Origin: an uncultured Planctomycetaceae bacterium
Lineage (GTDB): Bacteria; Planctomycetota; Phycisphaerae; SM23-33
Direction of reading: 5' to 3'
DNA length: 64,000 nucleotides
NCBI GenBank assembly: GCA_964401835.1
Contig: CAYNZP010000011.1
Span: 18,812 to 82,811, forward strand
Part shown: piece after piece, positions 1 to 9,612 of the stretch
How the letters are laid out: every line of letters begins with the position of its first letter
Numbering within the stretch: position 1 is the first letter of the stretch
Notes under the pieces: model-generated
The model's input: the letters and a program-made list of their open reading frames with translations, nothing else
What the model was told of the DNA's origin: nothing
Database searches by the model: none
Program-made: the position numbers and the translations under genes

Positions 1-736
1 TTATCATCGCGGCGATGTATCCGCCGGCAAAACCGTTGTCAATATTCACCACGCTAACGTTTGAAGCGCAGCTGTTGAGCATCGTAAGAAGGGCTGAGAC
101 TCCGCCGAAACTCGCGCCGTAACCGACGGAAGTTGGCACGCCGATAACCGGCACGCTCACAAGTCCGCCGACGACGCTCGCCAACGCCCCTTCCATACCG
201 GCTACTACGACGACAACCCTAGCCGACTGGAGTTCTGCGCTTTGGGCCAGCAGTCGGTGCAAACCCGCAACACCGACATCGTAATGTGTGGTAACGTGCT
301 GGTCCATGATCTCGGCTGTTACCCGCGCCTCCTCAGCTACGGGCAGATCGCTCGTGCCGGCTGCAGCAATTGCTATATGTCCGACGGCTTCGGGCTTGTC
401 ACCCTGACGAAGAGTTATGCACCTGGCAAGTTCATCGAAGCTGGCCTTGGGAAATTTTTTTGCAACCGCATCGAAATTCTCCTTCGTTGCGCGTGTGGCA
501 AGAATATTCCCGCCAACCTCGGCAAGCCTGGTGAAAATCTCACCAATCTGCTCGGTGGTCTTGCCGGGGCAGTAAATAACTTCCGGAAAACCACAGCGTA
601 TCGCGCGGTGATGGTCGATAGTGGCAAATTCGGTCTGCTCAAATGGCAGGTGGCGCAGCTGCTCCACAGCCTTGTCGATATCGAGCTTGCCGCTGCTTAC
701 CGCATTCAACAATTTTTTCAGAGTTTCTTCGTTCAT
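1..736 (-). CDS. larB: Nickel-pincer cofactor biosynthesis protein LarB / AIR-carboxylase-like (3' end truncated by window edge)
   Basis: Not in the ORF track because no stop lies inside the window. Manual translation from ATG 736 gives MNEETLKKLL...FATIDHHRAIRCGFPEVIYCPGKT...AGTSDLPVAEEA...VAGMEGALASVVGGLVSVPVIGVPTSVGYGASFGGVSALLTMLNSCASNVSVVNIDNGFAGGYIAAMI, the typical LarB motifs. Confidence 0.9.
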   Translation of the reverse strand, partial: MNEETLKKLLNAVSSGKLDIDKAVEQLRHLPFEQTEFATIDHHRAIRCGFPEVIYCPGKTTEQIGEIFTRLAEVGGNILATRATKENFDAVAKKFPKASFDELARCITLRQGDKPEAVGHIAIAAAGTSDLPVAEEARVTAEIMDQHVTTHYDVGVAGLHRLLAQSAELQSARVVVVVAGMEGALASVVGGLVSVPVIGVPTSVGYGASFGGVSALLTMLNSCASNVSVVNIDNGFAGGYIAAMI

Positions 737-752
737 TCCGTCACATTACATT

Positions 753-1826
753 TTATCGTCGAACTGTGGCATATGCTTCAAGATCGAGGTCGGCAAATTC
801 TCCCCTGCTGAAATAATGATATCCAAGCCCGGCTATCATTGCAGCATTATCCACACAAAAACGAAGCTCGGGCAATCGCAGGTTACAGTGAAGCTTTTTT
901 GCCAGCTCTTGCGAAGCCTGCCGCAGACCTGAGTTGGCAGAAACTCCACCGCCGATAATCAGCGTCTTTGCGCCGGTGAGTTCGATAGCGCGACGCATTT
1001 TTATCCGTAGCACGTCAACAACAGCTGCCTGAAAACTGGCGGCTATATCGTAAATCTGCTTCTCGGAGAAATTCTCTATCCCGCGCGGACGATTGCGTGT
1101 CTCTTCGTCCATCTTTTCTTCTTTTGCTCCGGGTACGCCGTTGACGTGATAAAGCACGGCTGTCTTTATTCCGCTGAAAGAAAAATCCAGCGACTTGCCC
1201 TTCAGGAGCGTTCTGGGGAATTTTTTCGCATTCGCGTCGGCACCTTCCTGCCTGGCGATATGGTCTATAACGGGCCCGCCGGGATAGCCCAGGTTGAGTA
1301 TGCTGGCAACCTTGTCGAACGCCTCGCCGGCAGCGTCGTCTATCGTGCTGCCGAGAAGTTCGAGCTGCGTCGGTGAGTCGCAGCGGTAAAGTGCGGTATG
1401 GCCGCCGGAACATATTAAAGCGACGGCTGGGTATTCAATTGGTTCGCTATTCAAGGCTGCGGCGTAGGCATGTGCATAGACATGGTTTACCGCAACAAGA
1501 GGCACGTCCCATGTCCAGGCCAGAGTTTTGGCCGCCATCAGGCCGACAAGTAGCGAACCGATAAGGCCCGGCTCGTTAGTGGCAGCGACGGCTGATATCT
1601 GCTCTACAGCGACGCCCGACTCTTCCAAGGCTTTTTCGATAACCGTGTTGATTGCCTCGATATGCGCACGCGATGCAACTTCCGGCACGACTCCGCCAAA
1701 TCTTGCGTGAAGGTCTATCTGGCTGGCGACGACATTTGCCAAGACATCTCTGCCGTCAGCGACAACGGCGCAACTTGTCTCGTCGCAGCTGGATTCCACT
1801 CCAAGAATATATTTTACTTCACTCAT
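753..1826 (-). CDS. tsaD: tRNA N6-threonylcarbamoyladenosine transferase TsaD
   Basis: ILGVESSCDETS, HxxxGGVVPEVASRAH, HVYAH, SGGHT, DDAAGEAFDKVA, DFSFSGIKTA, CVDNAAMIA. Start moved to ATG 1826, which overlaps the upstream stop. Confidence 0.96.
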   Translation of the reverse strand: MSEVKYILGVESSCDETSCAVVADGRDVLANVVASQIDLHARFGGVVPEVASRAHIEAINTVIEKALEESGVAVEQISAVAATNEPGLIGSLLVGLMAAKTLAWTWDVPLVAVNHVYAHAYAAALNSEPIEYPAVALICSGGHTALYRCDSPTQLELLGSTIDDAAGEAFDKVASILNLGYPGGPVIDHIARQEGADANAKKFPRTLLKGKSLDFSFSGIKTAVLYHVNGVPGAKEEKMDEETRNRPRGIENFSEKQIYDIAASFQAAVVDVLRIKMRRAIELTGAKTLIIGGGVSANSGLRQASQELAKKLHCNLRLPELRFCVDNAAMIAGLGYHYFSRGEFADLDLEAYATVRR

Positions 1827-3174
1827 CTTCATCTTTTTCCTGCAGGGTTCTTTGGATTGCTGCCGCTTCGATGATATCGGCCATCTTTTCCGGCTCACGA
1901 AGCAGCTCCAATGCACGGGCCAACTGTTTATCTCGCCTTAATATCTCCCGGCGAATTTTATCCGGGTCGGCCCTGTCCTGCACATCAGCGATAACAGATA
2001 AAAGCTCGACACTCGCCTGGATTTTACCAAGAATTTCAAGGTCCTGGGGTTTTGTCACGACCTGCTCGTGAGGCTCAACACCCCAACTGTCAGAATCGGT
2101 TTTTTTTGTAATCGGCTGGTCGTTGGCAAGGAAAAATTCTGATGTCGTGAGGCTTAGCTTGCCAAGATTTCCGCTGAGAGGGAACATGCTCTGCACGCAG
2201 CCTTTGCCTCTGGTCCTGGTACCTACCAGCACACCCCTGTCGGAAAGCTTAATTGCACCTGCGACAATCTCTGCAGCCGAAGCTGTATCCGAGTCAACCA
2301 GAACGATAAGCGGAATCTGCTCGCAACTTCCGCCTCCGTGTGCCTGGTATGTCTTGCTCGATTTGTTCCTTGTAACAGCCTTGACGATTACGCCGTCGCT
2401 CAAAAACATGTCGGCGACCTCGGTTGCACTGTTGAGCAAACCGCCAGGATTGCCACGCAAATCCAGAACCAACCCCTTCAATTCTCCAACCTGCCGAAGA
2501 GCCAAGTGGAAATGCTCCGAAGTTTTCTGTACGAACTCTCTTACTCTCATATAACCAAGGCCGTTTTCAGGGTCGATAAGATGAATCCACCGTCCCTCAG
2601 CTTCGCGGCAAAGCCCGGTTATCGATTCAATGGGGTAACATTCGAGGGCAACTCTTAATTCAATCTCTCTGCCGGTGGGCTTGAGAATGGTTAAATCGAA
2701 TTTGTCGCCGGCCTCGCCTATTAATAAGTCTTGGACCTGGTCAAGCGTAAGGCCTTTTACTTCCTGTTCGTCGATAGCCAAAACCACATCACCGCCAACC
2801 AGGCCCGCTTTGGCCGAGGGGCTTTTTGGCAGGCAACCTACAACTTTTACCTCATCGCCGTCGAGTTCGAGCACCACACCCAAAGAGCACCTCTGGCCCA
2901 TAATCCGATCTTCAAATTTATCCGCATCTTCCGGGGAGATATAGGTCGAGAATTCATCGAGGGATTCGACCATGCCCTTAATCGAACCCTGATAGAGATT
3001 TTCCGGTTCGACGGGCTCGATATAATGTCTTCTAATCAATTCATAGGTCTGAACAAGAGGAAGATGCTTGACCTCCCGCGACGCTTCGGGAGATGGGGTA
3101 TTTCGCGAAACCCACATCGTTACCGCCGATGCGATGATAATGGCTAGAACCCAAATGAGATTGTGCTTTGACAC
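1819..3174 (-). CDS. S41A carboxy-terminal processing protease (N-terminal TM, PDZ, peptidase domains)
   Basis: LDEFSTY, PDZ (SPSAKAGLVGGDVVLAID), LVLDLRGNPGGLL, TASAAEIVAG, GTRTRGKGCVQ. Confidence 0.92.
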   Translation of the reverse strand: MSKHNLIWVLAIIIASAVTMWVSRNTPSPEASREVKHLPLVQTYELIRRHYIEPVEPENLYQGSIKGMVESLDEFSTYISPEDADKFEDRIMGQRCSLGVVLELDGDEVKVVGCLPKSPSAKAGLVGGDVVLAIDEQEVKGLTLDQVQDLLIGEAGDKFDLTILKPTGREIELRVALECYPIESITGLCREAEGRWIHLIDPENGLGYMRVREFVQKTSEHFHLALRQVGELKGLVLDLRGNPGGLLNSATEVADMFLSDGVIVKAVTRNKSSKTYQAHGGGSCEQIPLIVLVDSDTASAAEIVAGAIKLSDRGVLVGTRTRGKGCVQSMFPLSGNLGKLSLTTSEFFLANDQPITKKTDSDSWGVEPHEQVVTKPQDLEILGKIQASVELLSVIADVQDRADPDKIRREILRRDKQLARALELLREPEKMADIIEAAAIQRTLQEKDEDE

Positions 3175-3425
3175 GAATAAAAAAACCTATCTGTAAAATT
3201 TCAGGCAAAAGTAACGGCTAAAAGCCCCCTGAGATGTTATCAGAAAAGTCTGACCCTGTCAGGTGAATCTGTTTTGAACCGGCTTGGAGAAAATAATCAG
3301 CAGGATTATTACCCCCGGGCTCCATATAATACCTATCGAGAATTACTGATGTTAAACAAGCAAAAATGCCGAATGCTTTATTCTGAATACCAAAAAGTGC
3401 AAAAAATTTTGAAAGGAGCATTTCG

Positions 3426-3926
3426 ATGAAGACTGCCAAATTATTGGTTTTGTCGATTGTTGTTGTTTTCTTCGCTCTGAACATTGTCGGCTGCGGGGTA
3501 GCCAAAGAAGAACACGAACAGGTGGGTTCTGATCTGGAAAAAGCCCGCCAGGATATGAAAAACCTCCAAGCCGAAATGTCAGGGCTCGAAGAGGACCTAA
3601 ATTCGGCAAAACAGAAGACCGTGGAAGTCCAACAGGCTCATGCAAAACAAATGCAGCAGGCAGAAGCTTTGCTGACCGGTGCGAAGAAGGATGCGGCAGA
3701 GCTCAAAGTTGAACTTGATAAGGCAAATAGCGCTAAGGCACAACTTATTTCAGACCAAGTGGCATCGAAGGGGCAAATTGATCAGCTCAAGGCTCAGGTG
3801 AAAAAAATGACAACGGAAATGTCTGAGCTGAACCTGGCTATCGAGCAGTACAAGGTCACTATAGAAAAGCTGAAAAGTCAGATCGAGGCTTCGAAGCTCA
3901 AGGATGTAATCGCACCGCCTGAATAA
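3426..3926 (+). CDS. Coiled-coil lipoprotein, function unknown
   Basis: AAGGAG RBS, signal peptide with lipobox-like IVGC, heptad-rich helical body, terminator downstream. Confidence 0.75.
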   Translation: MKTAKLLVLSIVVVFFALNIVGCGVAKEEHEQVGSDLEKARQDMKNLQAEMSGLEEDLNSAKQKTVEVQQAHAKQMQQAEALLTGAKKDAAELKVELDKANSAKAQLISDQVASKGQIDQLKAQVKKMTTEMSELNLAIEQYKVTIEKLKSQIEASKLKDVIAPPE

Positions 3927-3948
3927 GAAGGTACAATAAACACGAAGC

Positions 3949-3985
3949 AAAAGAGGCTTTGAGTGATACGCTCAGGCCTCTTTTT
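3949..3985. terminator. Bidirectional intrinsic terminator between convergent genes
   Basis: aaaagaggc-tttgag...ctca-ggcctcttttt hairpin flanked by A and T runs. Confidence 0.7.
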
Positions 3986-5135
3986 CTTTTTGGTCTTCCT
4001 GTACCCTGCGAAGCTCGTCCGTAAAGACAGCCGGATGATTCGCCCACTGCTCCGCCTCCAGCGCTTCCACCGTGCCGTCCGCTACCAATGAAGCAAGTGA
4101 ACGTTCCAAAGTAATCATCCGCTCCTGCGGTATATCCTTCGTCCTGGTTTGCAGATGTGTGTATATTTGCTCCGTCTTGCGGACACGAATCAGGTTGGAG
4201 ACGGCATAGGTGTTGTTCAGTATTTCCATCGCAACTACTCGGCCTTTTTTGTCCGCAGTCGGTACGAGCTTCTGGGAAATGATATTGGCCAACCCCAGAG
4301 ACAACTGACTGGCCACCTCGTCCTGCTGGTTCGACGGGAACATATCCAGAAGACGCGTTATTGTTCCGCGGGCATCCCGCGTATGAAGCGTAGAAAACAC
4401 AAGATGACCGGTCTCTGCAGCGGTAAGTGTCCAGCTGGCAGATTCGCGATCGCGCATTTCGCCGACAAATATTACGTCCGGGTCTTCGCGCAAACAATCG
4501 CGCAGGCCGCGCGAATACCCGGGAACATCCCGTCCAACCTCGCGCTGAGAAATTATCGCCGACTGACTGCTGAGGCGATATTCTATCGGGTCTTCGAGAG
4601 TGATAATCCGGCAAGGCCGGCTCTTGGCGATATGATTAATAAACGATGCGATAGTCGTGGATTTGCCCGCGCCGGTAATACCCGTAACAAGCACAAGCCC
4701 CCACTGGCGATTGATAATATCCCGCCAAACCTGGTTCGGAAAGCCTATATCCTCTATTTCAATAGGCTCGGGGTCCAGTGCCCTGATGGCAACAGCCAAG
4801 CCCTCGCTGTCGTAAAAATAATTGAGCCGAAACTGCATCTTTTCCGAGATATACGAGCTATCCACGCTGCGGTCGCTTTCGAGCTGGGCAAGCTCGTTAT
4901 CAGCTAGCAGTGTACTGGCCAGCGAACTTACGGTCTTTTCGTCCATTGCCGGGCCCTTCATCTTCTGGAGCTTGCCATCGACGCGGTAAACCGGAGGGCT
5001 GCCAACCTTCAAGTGAAGGTCGCTCACACGTAGCGAGCCGTGCTTTACGAAGTAATCCAAAAGGTCCTGCATGCTGAAGGACTGGTCTTCGCTGATTGTA
5101 TAAATCTTTTCATCCATAGAATGTTTTGAAGTCAT
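3972..5135 (-). CDS. pilT: PilT/PilU-family type IV pilus retraction ATPase
   Basis: SDLHLKVGSPPVYRVDG, Walker A GITGAGKSTT, TLEDPIEY, QREVG, LREDPDVIFVGEMRD, AAETGHLVFSTLHT. ATG 5135 overlaps the upstream TGA. Confidence 0.9.
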   Translation of the reverse strand: MTSKHSMDEKIYTISEDQSFSMQDLLDYFVKHGSLRVSDLHLKVGSPPVYRVDGKLQKMKGPAMDEKTVSSLASTLLADNELAQLESDRSVDSSYISEKMQFRLNYFYDSEGLAVAIRALDPEPIEIEDIGFPNQVWRDIINRQWGLVLVTGITGAGKSTTIASFINHIAKSRPCRIITLEDPIEYRLSSQSAIISQREVGRDVPGYSRGLRDCLREDPDVIFVGEMRDRESASWTLTAAETGHLVFSTLHTRDARGTITRLLDMFPSNQQDEVASQLSLGLANIISQKLVPTADKKGRVVAMEILNNTYAVSNLIRVRKTEQIYTHLQTRTKDIPQERMITLERSLASLVADGTVEALEAEQWANHPAVFTDELRRVQEDQKEKEA

Positions 5136-5446
5136 GGCTGCTCCTTGGCTGCTAAAATCTCCGCATCGTAACATTTTTTGCACAAACGCCTGCCGGAAGT
5201 AAGAAAGAAAACATCCTCAATCGCCTGGCTGCAATTATCGCACAACCCCCTTTCTTTTAGGGGGTAAGGCTGGCCCAACGGATCGAACTTTTCCGTGAGA
5301 TCTTTATGCTCTTGAACTTTCTTTTCAAACCGGATACCAAGCCCATTGATGAATCTCAATAAAAGAGGAATTCCCTTCAACACCGCAATTAAAAGAAAGG
5401 GCCAGATAATGACCGCCATTATTAATGCATATATAAGCTTAACCAC
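5132..5446 (-). CDS. Small membrane protein with C-terminal CxxC-x16-CxxC zinc finger
   Basis: Hydrophobic N-terminus; GLCDNC...GRRLCKKCY; paralogous to the neighbouring ORF. Confidence 0.75.
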   Translation of the reverse strand: MVKLIYALIMAVIIWPFLLIAVLKGIPLLLRFINGLGIRFEKKVQEHKDLTEKFDPLGQPYPLKERGLCDNCSQAIEDVFFLTSGRRLCKKCYDAEILAAKEQP

Positions 5447-5472
5447 TAATAAAGCCTCGAAAAAGTCCTGTT

Positions 5473-5754
5473 TTACTCCACACTATTGGTATGCTTGGTA
5501 TAACAAATCTCACACAGCCGACTCCCGTCAGGCATACTAAAAACTCTCCGCGAAGCCTTGGCACAATTATCACATAAACCAAGTCCGCTCGGAGGGAATG
5601 ATCTTTCTTTATCAGCTTTGTGATCTGCGACTGACTGACGTATGCGCAAGATGAGCCAGTTTTTGAAAATCAAAATTGCTAATACAAGAAGAAAAATTAC
5701 TGCAAGAGCAATCGGCACAGCAATCAAAAGATATACGTACAGGTTAATAAACAT
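5473..5754 (-). CDS. Small membrane protein with C-terminal CxxC-x16-CxxC zinc finger (paralogue)
   Basis: AAGGGG RBS before ATG 5754; TM segment; GLCDNC...GSRLCEICY. Confidence 0.75.
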   Translation of the reverse strand: MFINLYVYLLIAVPIALAVIFLLVLAILIFKNWLILRIRQSVADHKADKERSFPPSGLGLCDNCAKASRRVFSMPDGSRLCEICYTKHTNSVE

Positions 5755-5908
5755 ATCCAGCCCCTTGGCAGCTATTATCGCACCTGGGCTGCCCAAAGGC
5801 CAGTTCGCAACTGAGATTATTCGTCTGAGGAAATGGTGAAGCTGACATCGGAAACAAGGACGAACCCGCTAATTTAAGCTATCTTGGTTTTCCTTGTCGT
5901 AACTTGTA

Positions 5909-7183
5909 TCAATATGCTCTGAAAAGGCTGGCTTGGGGATAATAGAAATCGAGAATCTCTTTTGCCTTCAGGCCCCTTTTGACCTTTCCTTCCACGCCCC
6001 ACTGACAAATCCCGACGCCATGGCCGAAACCCCGGCCTTGGGTAAACTCTATCGAGTCACCGGCATCGACAATTTTGCAGTTCATTGAAAAAAGCCTTTT
6101 GGCTTCTGGGATATTCGAACGCAAAATCGCCAGCCGCAAATCTTCAGCTCTCACTCGAACAGTCTTTCCTTGCGGATCGACGACATTAATCCATACGGGC
6201 CGTGCGCCGGGGGCGGTGGAAGTTACCTTTATCGTCTCCAAGCTGTTAAGTTGCTTTGCGGCAGGATATGCTGCGGAAATGACACGATGGATATCCGACT
6301 TTTTGATCGAAACGGTTTTCCAGCGATAACGGCTTGATGCTCGACAATCCTGGCATTTTGGGCCGCCGGCAAGTGGTGGAATCTCCGGTGCGTTTCGGAT
6401 TACATAGGCCCCGTTTACCACACCCCCGCAGGCTGAGGAATATTGGGACATGAAAATCTGTTCTTTTTTCTTCGGCCCATAGGCCAGAACCACACCGTGA
6501 GTTTTTCTGACCGCAGCCCAGGACTTGTCCGTCTCCCCAGTAAAGCCGCCGTAGACCTGCGAGGCCTGGGAATCTCCAAGATCGTACTGATGGGTCTTGC
6601 CGAAGGTCTTCATGTGATGGATAGCGAAGGTTCGTGCTGCCACGGCCAGTGTCTTGTATGTTTCCAGCTGCCACGATGGATAAAGTTCTTTCGAGAGAAC
6701 ACCGGCCAGATAGCTTTCCATATCGACATGGTTGACGACGAGGAAGCCCTTATCGCCAGTTGGCACTAATCGCATCATGCCACGATAGATGGTCTTATCT
6801 TTTCGTGCAAAACTGCCCGGAAGGGGTTTTATATCTATGCTTTCGCTTTCGACGGTCCGCCTGCCGATCTTCCAGGATTTGCCCGAACGTGTAACCTGGT
6901 TCAGAGCAAGCGGAGTCATTGATTCAACCAGCATGCGGTTTCCTGAAACAATCCGATAACCGCCCGTGGTGGAAATTGTCTCACTCGTTACGGGCCTGGA
7001 AGTAAGCAGTACGCGGATAATTGGGACGCCTTTGGTGGTCAGCGGCTGATCTGGAGGAAGTTGCGGTTCGACGCCACAGCTCCACAGGAACAACGCCGAA
7101 AGGATGCAAGCTATGGCCAGGCAAAGCGCCGGCCCAACAAGCGCGGCAAACTTTCCTAGTCGATATATTATCCAAGCCGTCAT
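5909..7183 (-). CDS. SpoIID/LytB-domain lytic transglycosylase-like protein
   Basis: YRGxMRL, VVNHVDMESYLAGVLSKE, AVAARTFA, SQVYGG, GRGFGHGVGICQWG, ILDFYYP. Confidence 0.88.
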   Translation of the reverse strand: MTAWIIYRLGKFAALVGPALCLAIACILSALFLWSCGVEPQLPPDQPLTTKGVPIIRVLLTSRPVTSETISTTGGYRIVSGNRMLVESMTPLALNQVTRSGKSWKIGRRTVESESIDIKPLPGSFARKDKTIYRGMMRLVPTGDKGFLVVNHVDMESYLAGVLSKELYPSWQLETYKTLAVAARTFAIHHMKTFGKTHQYDLGDSQASQVYGGFTGETDKSWAAVRKTHGVVLAYGPKKKEQIFMSQYSSACGGVVNGAYVIRNAPEIPPLAGGPKCQDCRASSRYRWKTVSIKKSDIHRVISAAYPAAKQLNSLETIKVTSTAPGARPVWINVVDPQGKTVRVRAEDLRLAILRSNIPEAKRLFSMNCKIVDAGDSIEFTQGRGFGHGVGICQWGVEGKVKRGLKAKEILDFYYPQASLFRAY

Positions 7184-7221
7184 GGCGTTTTCTTTCGAAA
7201 GTCGCCGTAAAGTTTAGCGAT

Positions 7222-8547
7222 CTAAATAGTCTCGCGCAGGCCCAGGCCATAATCCGAAAGACGTTGGCGTATCTCGTTCAGGCTGGTCTGGCCGAAGTTC
7301 CGGCAGGCCAAAAGTTCCGGCTCGCTCTTGGCCGCAAGGTCACCCAATGTGCTCACGCTGAGTCCTTCCAACGCTTTGCGTGCCCGGACAGAAAATTCAA
7401 TCTGTTCCAGCGGAGTGGAGAGGATGCCGCCGTCCGCATTTTCCGAAGGCTCTGAGTTGAATTTCAGAGTCATCTTTCGCTCTTCTTCCATTGCCTGGCC
7501 AAGTCGGAGGTTCTTCGCTGTGAGCATCTCTTTAATTTCCTTTAGCGATGTCTCGCCGAAGTTCTTATATGCCAGAAGCTCAACTTCGGTGGTTCTGACG
7601 AGGTCGCCAAGTGAGCGGATATTCATCTTCTTGAGACAGTTTCTTGCTCTTACGGAAAGCTCGAAGTCAGTAACGGGGATATCCAACACGGCATTGTGGC
7701 GTGCGATCTGCTTGGCCCGGTCTTCATCGTAGAACATCGTCATCGAAGATTCGATATCCTTGAGGAAAAGCTTAACCCTGGCGTGATTAGGGTTGCAGGC
7801 AATAAGACGCATCAGACATTCATACGCCTGTTCATATCTGCCGGCGTCTTCATGAAGGATCGCTAGATTCAAAAGTGCATTGGCAAAAATCGGAGGCTGG
7901 GATACGCACTTCTTGTATAGTTCAATAGCCTCTTCCTCTTCACCGTAAAGATCGCTGAGATAAGCCAGTCTGAACGTCGCGTTGATATGATCTTCATCAA
8001 TCTCGATTGCTTTGGTATAAGCGTCGGCCGCCTTCTGGCGCAGGCCCGCAAGGTCGTCCAGTAAGCCGCGAAGAAAATAAAAGTCTGCACTTTCGCCGAT
8101 CTTTCCGCTCAGCTTGTCCAACAGCTTTTCGGCGCCAGTAACATCACCGTCCAATGCCTGTGTCTCGACGAGAAGAAGGTCGACCTCAAGTCCGTCCCAA
8201 CCGCGGTCCTTGGCCCTTTGGAGTTCTTCCCCAGCCTCTTGATACTTATGAAGCATCTTGAGGCACTGGCCCTGGAAATAATGCCTGTCCTTGTTGTCGG
8301 TGCCATCGGCCAGAACACTGAGAGCTTCGCTGAATCTGCAAAGCATGAATTTCAGCATGCCAATCTTGAGAGCTGCTGAACCTTTGGGGGCGGGGTCCTG
8401 TTCTTCAAGCTCGATAAGTATCTGCCTTAACTTTCCAGTGGCGTCCTTGAAATCTACAACCTTCGAAAGGACCTCTTTATGATCTTCGAAAGACCATGCT
8501 TCCTTTGCGACGATTGCCCCTAACTCATCCTGTAGAACCTGATCCAT
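7222..8547 (-). CDS. TPR-repeat protein with two C-terminal RNA polymerase alpha-CTD-like domains
   Basis: TPR-like helices, then two copies: ELSVRARNCLKKMNIRSLGDLVRTTEVELLAYKNFGETSLKEIKEML and EFSVRARKALEGLSVSTLGDLAAKSEPELLACRNFGQTSLNEIRQRL. GGAGAAGG RBS before ATG 8547. Confidence 0.88.
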   Translation of the reverse strand: MDQVLQDELGAIVAKEAWSFEDHKEVLSKVVDFKDATGKLRQILIELEEQDPAPKGSAALKIGMLKFMLCRFSEALSVLADGTDNKDRHYFQGQCLKMLHKYQEAGEELQRAKDRGWDGLEVDLLLVETQALDGDVTGAEKLLDKLSGKIGESADFYFLRGLLDDLAGLRQKAADAYTKAIEIDEDHINATFRLAYLSDLYGEEEEAIELYKKCVSQPPIFANALLNLAILHEDAGRYEQAYECLMRLIACNPNHARVKLFLKDIESSMTMFYDEDRAKQIARHNAVLDIPVTDFELSVRARNCLKKMNIRSLGDLVRTTEVELLAYKNFGETSLKEIKEMLTAKNLRLGQAMEEERKMTLKFNSEPSENADGGILSTPLEQIEFSVRARKALEGLSVSTLGDLAAKSEPELLACRNFGQTSLNEIRQRLSDYGLGLRETI

Positions 8548-8670
8548 GAATACCTTCTCCAAAGAACTTATAACTTAATTACCTAGCAATTGGCCTAGGC
8601 GGCCAGATCGGGTATTATAGCGACGTTGAAATTAACTTCAAGCCGTTCCGCACGACGCGAAAATCGAGCT

Positions 8671-9612
8671 ATGACTGAAAACGACAAAAATAAACCGGTA
8701 CACATGATAATTAACCCGCACAGCGGATATGGCGGCCACCGCCTGATGCTGAGCGACTTCCGCGCCGTAGTGCGAAACGCGGGTCTGGAGATTGTCGAAT
8801 ATGTCACAAAGGCTCCCGATGACGCAACCCGCCGCGCCCGGGAAATAGCCGATAGCGCCTCGGCTGTCCTTGCATGGGGAGGCGACGGCACGGTTAACGA
8901 AATAGCCACCGCCCTGGCTGGAACAGACGTTCCGATTCTCGCCTGCCCGGTGGGTACGGAAAACCTGCTGGCAAAAGATTTACAGATTCCAGCCAACCCG
9001 AAAAAGATCATTGAACTTCTCCATGCACGGCGAGTTGTCGACTGCGACCTGGGAGTTGTCAATGGCCGACACTTCCTGCTTATTATGGGCATCGGCTTCG
9101 ACGGTGAAGTAGTGCGGCGCCTGGCTGCGACGAGAATAGGCCATATCTCGCACCTTAGCTACTTCTGGCCGATATGGCGCACATTCTGGGAGCACGATTT
9201 CCCGAGGATGAAGATCGTCGCAGACGGCGAGGAAATTTTCGATGACTTCGGCCTGGCCTTCATTGGCAACATTTCCCGCTATGCGGTGGGGCTGCGAATT
9301 TGTCGCGACGCCCTTTTCGACGACGGTTATCTGGACCTGGTCGTCTTTTCCTGTCGAGAACAAACCGCACTTATGCTCCATGCCACATGGACACTTTTGA
9401 GACGCCACCCTCTTAAAGGCAATGTCACTTACCGACGCGTTAAGGACGTAACGATCGAGACAGACCGCCCTGTCCCCAGCCAGATCGATGGAGACGTCGG
9501 GCCATCTACCCCGCTGCATGTTTCTGTGGAACCGAGCAAGGTAAAGCTTATAATTCCGCCACGGAAACCACCAAGCGTTCTTTGGCCATGGAGGGGAGGA
9601 CAAATAGTATGA
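8671..9612 (+). CDS. Diacylglycerol/lipid kinase family protein (YegS/BmrU-like)
   Basis: IINPHSG, GGDGTVNE, PVGTENLLA, GIGFDGEV, DDGYLD, QIDGD. Confidence 0.9.
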   Translation: MTENDKNKPVHMIINPHSGYGGHRLMLSDFRAVVRNAGLEIVEYVTKAPDDATRRAREIADSASAVLAWGGDGTVNEIATALAGTDVPILACPVGTENLLAKDLQIPANPKKIIELLHARRVVDCDLGVVNGRHFLLIMGIGFDGEVVRRLAATRIGHISHLSYFWPIWRTFWEHDFPRMKIVADGEEIFDDFGLAFIGNISRYAVGLRICRDALFDDGYLDLVVFSCREQTALMLHATWTLLRRHPLKGNVTYRRVKDVTIETDRPVPSQIDGDVGPSTPLHVSVEPSKVKLIIPPRKPPSVLWPWRGGQIV

